DNA of 64,000 nt from Vulgatibacter sp. (GTDB lineage: Bacteria > Myxococcota > Myxococcia > Myxococcales > Vulgatibacteraceae). Position 1 is the stretch's first letter. Each line of letters begins with the position of its first letter. Positions 60,319 through 64,000 of this stretch are shown here, in pieces. The translations under genes and the position numbers were made by a program. Location of the stretch: assembly GCF_041687135.1 (NCBI RefSeq), contig NZ_JAWLCN010000015.1, positions 12,033 through 76,032 on the forward strand, read 5' to 3'. The notes beneath the pieces were generated by a model, which saw only the letters and a program-made list of their open reading frames with translations, searched no databases and was not told the origin of the DNA.

Positions 60319-61450
60319 GTGAAACCTGCCTGCGGCGGAGCTTCTCCACCAGCGTGGTCCGCTGCAATCCGAGTAGATCCGCCGCGGCTCGTTTGTTTCC
60401 GCCGGACTGCGCCAGGGCCGCCACGATGAGGCGGTCCTCCATCTCCCGGAGGAGCTGGGGCAGGTTCACGGGAAGGGTGGGAAGGGAGAGCGCCGGCGTG
60501 CGCTCTTCGAGCGCCTCGCGGTCCTGGTTCGCGCAGGGAGCGTTCGCCTCGGCCTCTGGCGCGAAGGGCACATCGTCGACCGGCGGCGCCAGCGGCATGA
60601 CGGACTCGGCAGCAGGCGGGGGAATCGGATCGGCGTGCAGGACGGGGGGCTCGCGCGGCGTCACTTCGATGGCGCCGCCGCGGAGGGACGCGGGCAGATC
60701 GTGCAGGCACACGGTCTCGCCCTCGGCGCAGACCGAGAGACGTTCCACGAGGTTCTCCAACTCGCGGATGTTGCCGGGCCACCGGTGGCCCTCGAGGGCG
60801 GTGAAGACCGAAGCCTCGACCTGCCGTGTCTCGCCGCGCTTTCCCCAGAAGTGGCAAAAGAGGGGAACGACGTCGCCCGGGCGCTCACGGAGTGGCGGCA
60901 GCTCGATCGGGCAGACGAGGAGGCGGAAGTAGAGGTCCTGCCGGAAGCGACCTGCTTCCACCTCGGCGGCGAGGTCGCGGTTGGTGGCGGCAACCAGGCG
61001 AAAGTCGGCTGCCACCGGCTCGGTGCTTCCCACCGGCTCGTAGCTTCGCTCCTGGAGGACCCGGAGCAACTTCACCTGAAGCGAGAGCGGCAGCTCGCCA
61101 ATCTCGTCGAGAAAGAGCGTGCCCCCTTCGGCCGCTGCGATCCTGCCCCGCCGGGGGGAGGAGGCACCGGTGAAGGCGCCCCGCACGTAGCCGAAGAGCT
61201 CGCTCTCCAGCAACGCCTCCGGAATTGCACCGCAATTGACCGGCACGAGCAGCCTTTCGGCCCGCGGGCTCGCCGCGTGGAGCAGCCGGGCGAAGACCTC
61301 CTTGCCGGTTCCCGTCTCGCCGGTCAGGAGGACGGTCGCGTCGCTGCGTGCGATCCGCCGCGAGACGCGGGCCAGCTCGGCGATCGGCGAATCGGCGCCG
61401 TGGACGAGGAGCGGCTTGGCGGCGGGGGTGGGGGCTGCAGGCAGGGCCAT
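60305..61450 (-). CDS. sigma-54-dependent transcriptional activator consisting only of AAA+ and Fis-type HTH domains (no receiver/FleQ N-domain)
   Basis: Walker A is GETGTGKE. The sigma-54 contact loop is GAFTGA (GYVRGAFTGA). Walker B is LFLDEIGE, followed by WPGNIRELEN. The C-terminal HTH is GGNKRAAADLLGLQRTTLVEKL. The start is set at ATG 61450 (GGAGAA RBS), and the AAA+ core begins about aa 15. Confidence 0.88.
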   Translation of the reverse strand: MALPAAPTPAAKPLLVHGADSPIAELARVSRRIARSDATVLLTGETGTGKEVFARLLHAASPRAERLLVPVNCGAIPEALLESELFGYVRGAFTGASSPRRGRIAAAEGGTLFLDEIGELPLSLQVKLLRVLQERSYEPVGSTEPVAADFRLVAATNRDLAAEVEAGRFRQDLYFRLLVCPIELPPLRERPGDVVPLFCHFWGKRGETRQVEASVFTALEGHRWPGNIRELENLVERLSVCAEGETVCLHDLPASLRGGAIEVTPREPPVLHADPIPPPAAESVMPLAPPVDDVPFAPEAEANAPCANQDREALEERTPALSLPTLPVNLPQLLREMEDRLIVAALAQSGGNKRAAADLLGLQRTTLVEKLRRRQVSPSAP

Positions 61451-61485
61451 CGCTTCTCCGGTGGGACAATTCCCCCGGTGTGGGT

Positions 61486-61501
61486 AGCAAGCCGTGGGCC
61501 A
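61486..61501 (-). promoter_or_regulatory. sigma-54 promoter upstream of the activator gene
   Basis: Minus strand reads TGGCCC acggc TTGCT, 35 nt upstream of ATG 61450. Confidence 0.7.
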
Positions 61502-61504
61502 CAC

Positions 61505-61537
61505 TGTCAGTCCCATGACAATGTCATTTCGGTGACA
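61505..61537. promoter_or_regulatory. two adjacent TGTCA-N6-TGACA palindromes
   Basis: TGTCAgtcccaTGACA (61505-61520), a, TGTCAtttcggTGACA (61522-61537). The junction TGACAaTGTCA is itself palindromic. The pair lies immediately upstream of the -24 element. Confidence 0.6.
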
Positions 61538-61546
61538 GGCCGGCGT

Positions 61547-62560
61547 TCAGGCCGAAGCGTCGAGCAACGTCTGGGCGGCCTTGCGCACCGGCCCCGCCGG
61601 CATCGGATGGGCAGCGAGGACGGCCCGGGCGCAGCGCCTGCGGACCTCCTCGGGCAGGTCGCCGGCGAGGATCAGCTCCGCCGCCTTCGTCGCCCCCGGC
61701 AGCCTTCCCAGGCCGGGGCCCGGACCGCCGTTCCAGCCGCCGCGGGCCGCGGCCTCGAGGCAGGCGGCGATGGGATCGGCGAGCGCCGGGTCGTCGGCGA
61801 GCAGCGCCGCAGCGTCCGCCAGCTCGAGGAGCGGCACCGCGGCGTAGGCCCGCGCCGCCGGATCCTCGATGGTGCCGGCGAGCCGGAGCGCTTCCGCTGC
61901 GAGGGGCGCCAACGCCTGCGGATCGTCCGCGGTGGCGAGGCCGAGCCGCTCGAGGGCCATCGCCCGCCCGATCCCCTCGGCGCGGCGGGCGAGCCGGAGC
62001 AGGACCTCCGGGCCGAGGGGCTCGGCGCTCATCGCGCAGACGCCGGCGAGGGCGGTGGAGCGGGCCGCCGTCTCGAAGAGCGGCAGATCCTCCGGCGCCG
62101 GCGCCAGGCCGACGAGCCCGATGGCAGCGGCGAGCACCTCCCAGCTGCCGGTGCGTTCCGCCAGGAGCCGGGCGGTGGCAACGAGGGCGGAGCGGGGGAG
62201 ATCCCCCCGGGCCTCGAGGCTCTCGAGGAGCGCGGGCAGCTCCCAGGGCTGCAGACCACCCAGCGCTTCCTCCAGCTCGTCGGGCCGCTTGCGGGCAGCT
62301 GCCGCCAGCAGCGCCGCGATCCGGCGACCGAGGCCTGCAGGTTCCCTGGCGCCGTAGGCGTGGAGCTCGGCGGCGAAGCGATCGCCCAGGCGCCGCTCCG
62401 CCTCGGCGGCAGCCTCCGACGGGGGCGGAAGGAGACCCGCAGCGCTGCCGCCGGGCACGCGGGCACGGAGCCCGGCGAGGAGCCCGGCAGCGCGCGGGCG
62501 GCGCTGCGCGACGCGTGAGCGGAGGAAGTCGAGAAGGCCCATCGGCGCGGGAAACTCCAT
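61547..62560 (-). CDS. hypothetical 337-aa all-helical protein
   Basis: This is the 3' part of track ORF 61547..63826; the upstream part of that ORF is antisense to bamA. The start is ATG 62560 (or 62542). It is Ala/Leu-rich and repeat-like (HEAT/ARM-like impression only). Confidence 0.5.
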   Translation of the reverse strand: MEFPAPMGLLDFLRSRVAQRRPRAAGLLAGLRARVPGGSAAGLLPPPSEAAAEAERRLGDRFAAELHAYGAREPAGLGRRIAALLAAAARKRPDELEEALGGLQPWELPALLESLEARGDLPRSALVATARLLAERTGSWEVLAAAIGLVGLAPAPEDLPLFETAARSTALAGVCAMSAEPLGPEVLLRLARRAEGIGRAMALERLGLATADDPQALAPLAAEALRLAGTIEDPAARAYAAVPLLELADAAALLADDPALADPIAACLEAAARGGWNGGPGPGLGRLPGATKAAELILAGDLPEEVRRRCARAVLAAHPMPAGPVRKAAQTLLDASA

Positions 62561-62623
62561 CAATTCCGCTTGTACGGCAAGCCCCGAACGCCTATGGTCC
62601 GGGCCCGTTTTACCCGGATTCGC

Positions 62624-64000
62624 ATGCGGTTGAGCGCCTTTGCCATCGCCCTCTGGGCCTTGTTGCTGCTTCCCCTCGCCGCCGCGGCGCAGGCCACGGG
62701 TGCGCCCACGGCGCAGCTCCCCGGCACCGCCGACGTGGAAGGCGGCAGGGTCGCCGAGATCCGGGTCGAGGGCACCCGCCGCGTGGAGCCCGACGCCGTC
62801 CGCAACGCGATGCGGACCAAGGTCGGAGCGACCATCGACCGGGCGCAGATCCGCGAGGACCTCCGCACCATCTTCGGCCTCGGCTTCTTCGAGGACGTGC
62901 AGATCAACGCCGACGAGACCGCGGCAGGTACGGTCCTCACCGTCGTGGTCGAGGAGCGGCCCGCGATCCGCCAGGTGCGGATCGAGGGGAACGACGAGAT
63001 CTCCACCGACGACCTCCGGGAGGCGCTCGACGTCCGGCCCTTCCAGATCCTCGACATCGCTTCCGTCCGGCGGAACGTCGGCAAGCTCCTCGAGCAATAC
63101 GTCGAGAAGGGCTTCTACCTCGCCACCGTCGACTACCGGATCGTCGAGCTGCCGGAGAACGAGGTCGACGTCGTCTTCGTCGTCGACGAGAACGCCAAGG
63201 TCGTCGTCAAGCGGATCCAGTTTCTCGGCAACGAGAAGATCACCGCCGACGAGCTCAAGGCGGTGATGATCACCAAGGAAGGCGACTTCCTCTCCTTCCT
63301 CACCGGCACGGGGATCTACCGCGAGGAGATCTTCCAGCGCGACATGCAGGCGGCGCAGGCCGTCTACTACGACAACGGCTACATCAACGTCCGCTTCGGC
63401 AAGCCGGTCGTCGCGCTCACCCCGGACAAGCAGTTCATCTACATCACGATCCCGGTGGAGGAGGGCGAGCAATTCTCCATCGGCACCCTCGACTTCGCCG
63501 GCGACCTGATCGCGGACCGCGAAGCCCTCGACCTGCTGATGCGGACCGAGCCCGGGGAGATCTTCTCCCGCACCAAGCTCCAGCAGGACATCCAGGCCCT
63601 CACCAACCTCTACCAGGACGAGGCCTACGCCTACGTCAACATCACGCCCCTCACCTCGGTCAACGCCGAGGACCGCACCGTCGACCTCACCTTCGAGATC
63701 GAGCAGGGCAAGAAGGTGCGCTGGGAGCGGATCGAGATCGTCGGCAACGAGAAGACCCGCGACAAGGTGATCCGCCGGGAGCTGCGGATCTACGAGGGCG
63801 ATCTCTTCAGCGGGACCGCCCTGCAACGCTCCAAGCAGCGGGTCACGGCCCTCGGCTTCTTCGAGGCGGATCCGCGCACCGGCCTCGTGCAGATCAGCAC
63901 CCGCCGCGGCAGCGCCGACGACCTCATCGTCGGTGTGGTCGAGGTGAAGGAACGGCCCACCGGGACCTTCCAGGTCGGCGCCGGCTTCTCCTCGGTGGAG
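62624..64000 (+). CDS. bamA: outer membrane protein assembly factor BamA, N-terminal POTRA region (3' end beyond the window)
   Basis: Own translation from ATG 62624. The signal peptide is MRLSAFAIALWALLLLPLAAAAQA. It is followed by RVAEIRVEGTRRVEPDAVRNAMRTKVGATIDRAQIREDLRTIFGLGFFEDVQI and further POTRA repeats, up to VKERPTGTFQVGAGFSSVE. It is not in the ORF track because there is no stop in the window. Confidence 0.9.
   Translation, partial: MRLSAFAIALWALLLLPLAAAAQATGAPTAQLPGTADVEGGRVAEIRVEGTRRVEPDAVRNAMRTKVGATIDRAQIREDLRTIFGLGFFEDVQINADETAAGTVLTVVVEERPAIRQVRIEGNDEISTDDLREALDVRPFQILDIASVRRNVGKLLEQYVEKGFYLATVDYRIVELPENEVDVVFVVDENAKVVVKRIQFLGNEKITADELKAVMITKEGDFLSFLTGTGIYREEIFQRDMQAAQAVYYDNGYINVRFGKPVVALTPDKQFIYITIPVEEGEQFSIGTLDFAGDLIADREALDLLMRTEPGEIFSRTKLQQDIQALTNLYQDEAYAYVNITPLTSVNAEDRTVDLTFEIEQGKKVRWERIEIVGNEKTRDKVIRRELRIYEGDLFSGTALQRSKQRVTALGFFEADPRTGLVQISTRRGSADDLIVGVVEVKERPTGTFQVGAGFSSVE

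Noticed and set aside
61451-61516. 22-codon N-terminal extension of the sigma-54 activator (track start 61516)
   Set aside because: The extension would overlap the sigma-54 promoter and the first palindromic box. ATG 61450 has a GGAGAA RBS and already precedes the AAA+ core. The extension still adds no regulatory domain.
1-64000. CRISPR arrays, tRNA/rRNA genes, transposases, integrases, prophage or plasmid genes
   Set aside because: None were seen when reading all intergenic regions and translations. The only repeats are coding repeats (GXY, Cys-rich) and short regulatory palindromes.

Overview
High-GC (roughly 70% by eye) bacterial chromosomal window. I call 67 protein-coding genes and see no rRNA, tRNA, CRISPR array or mobile element. 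Many track ORFs are GC-driven out-of-frame or antisense artefacts, and several real genes are only the 3' tails of longer track ORFs. Positions 1-24.7 kb are mostly housekeeping: asnS (partial), leuS-lptE, rpsT, mazG, a TPR/zinc-ribbon membrane protein coupled to a DUF4388 protein, phoH / 7TM-HD / cysK-like / ybeY / RHH protein, and prfB with its classic +1 frameshift. They also hold an envelope module (collagen-like lipoprotein, SAF-domain protein, ECF sigma plus anti-sigma, 4x Cys-rich repeat lipoprotein), lysS, and lolE-like/lolD. Positions 24.8-61.5 kb are one contiguous flagellar supercluster of about 44 genes, all on the minus strand except a fliJ-like gene. It is organised as three long, translationally coupled units: orf426-flgBC-fliEFGHI-motE-like-fliK-flgDE-flbD-motAB, then fliLMNOPQR-flhBAFG-fliA, then flgFGAHI-flgJ(M23)-flgMN-flgKL-orf666. 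A late unit fliC-fliD-fliS-orf87 follows. The gene order resembles the Bacillus/spirochaete fla operon, and flhF/flhG are present. By eye I read four sigma-54 promoters and three near-identical sigma-28 promoters (CTTAAS-N12-CGTGCCGA). A GTCA-N6-TGAC palindrome recurs upstream of three of the sigma-54 promoters, next to a sigma-54 activator gene that has no regulatory domain. The most unusual coding content is a 666-aa protein cotranslated with flgL. Its N-terminus looks like a degenerate class I (CyaA-type) adenylate cyclase. There are also unassigned genes coupled to flgB (426 aa), downstream of fliS (87 aa) and upstream of the activator (338 aa). The window ends in bamA (partial). All family assignments come from reading the translations and from motif memory. 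No database search was possible.
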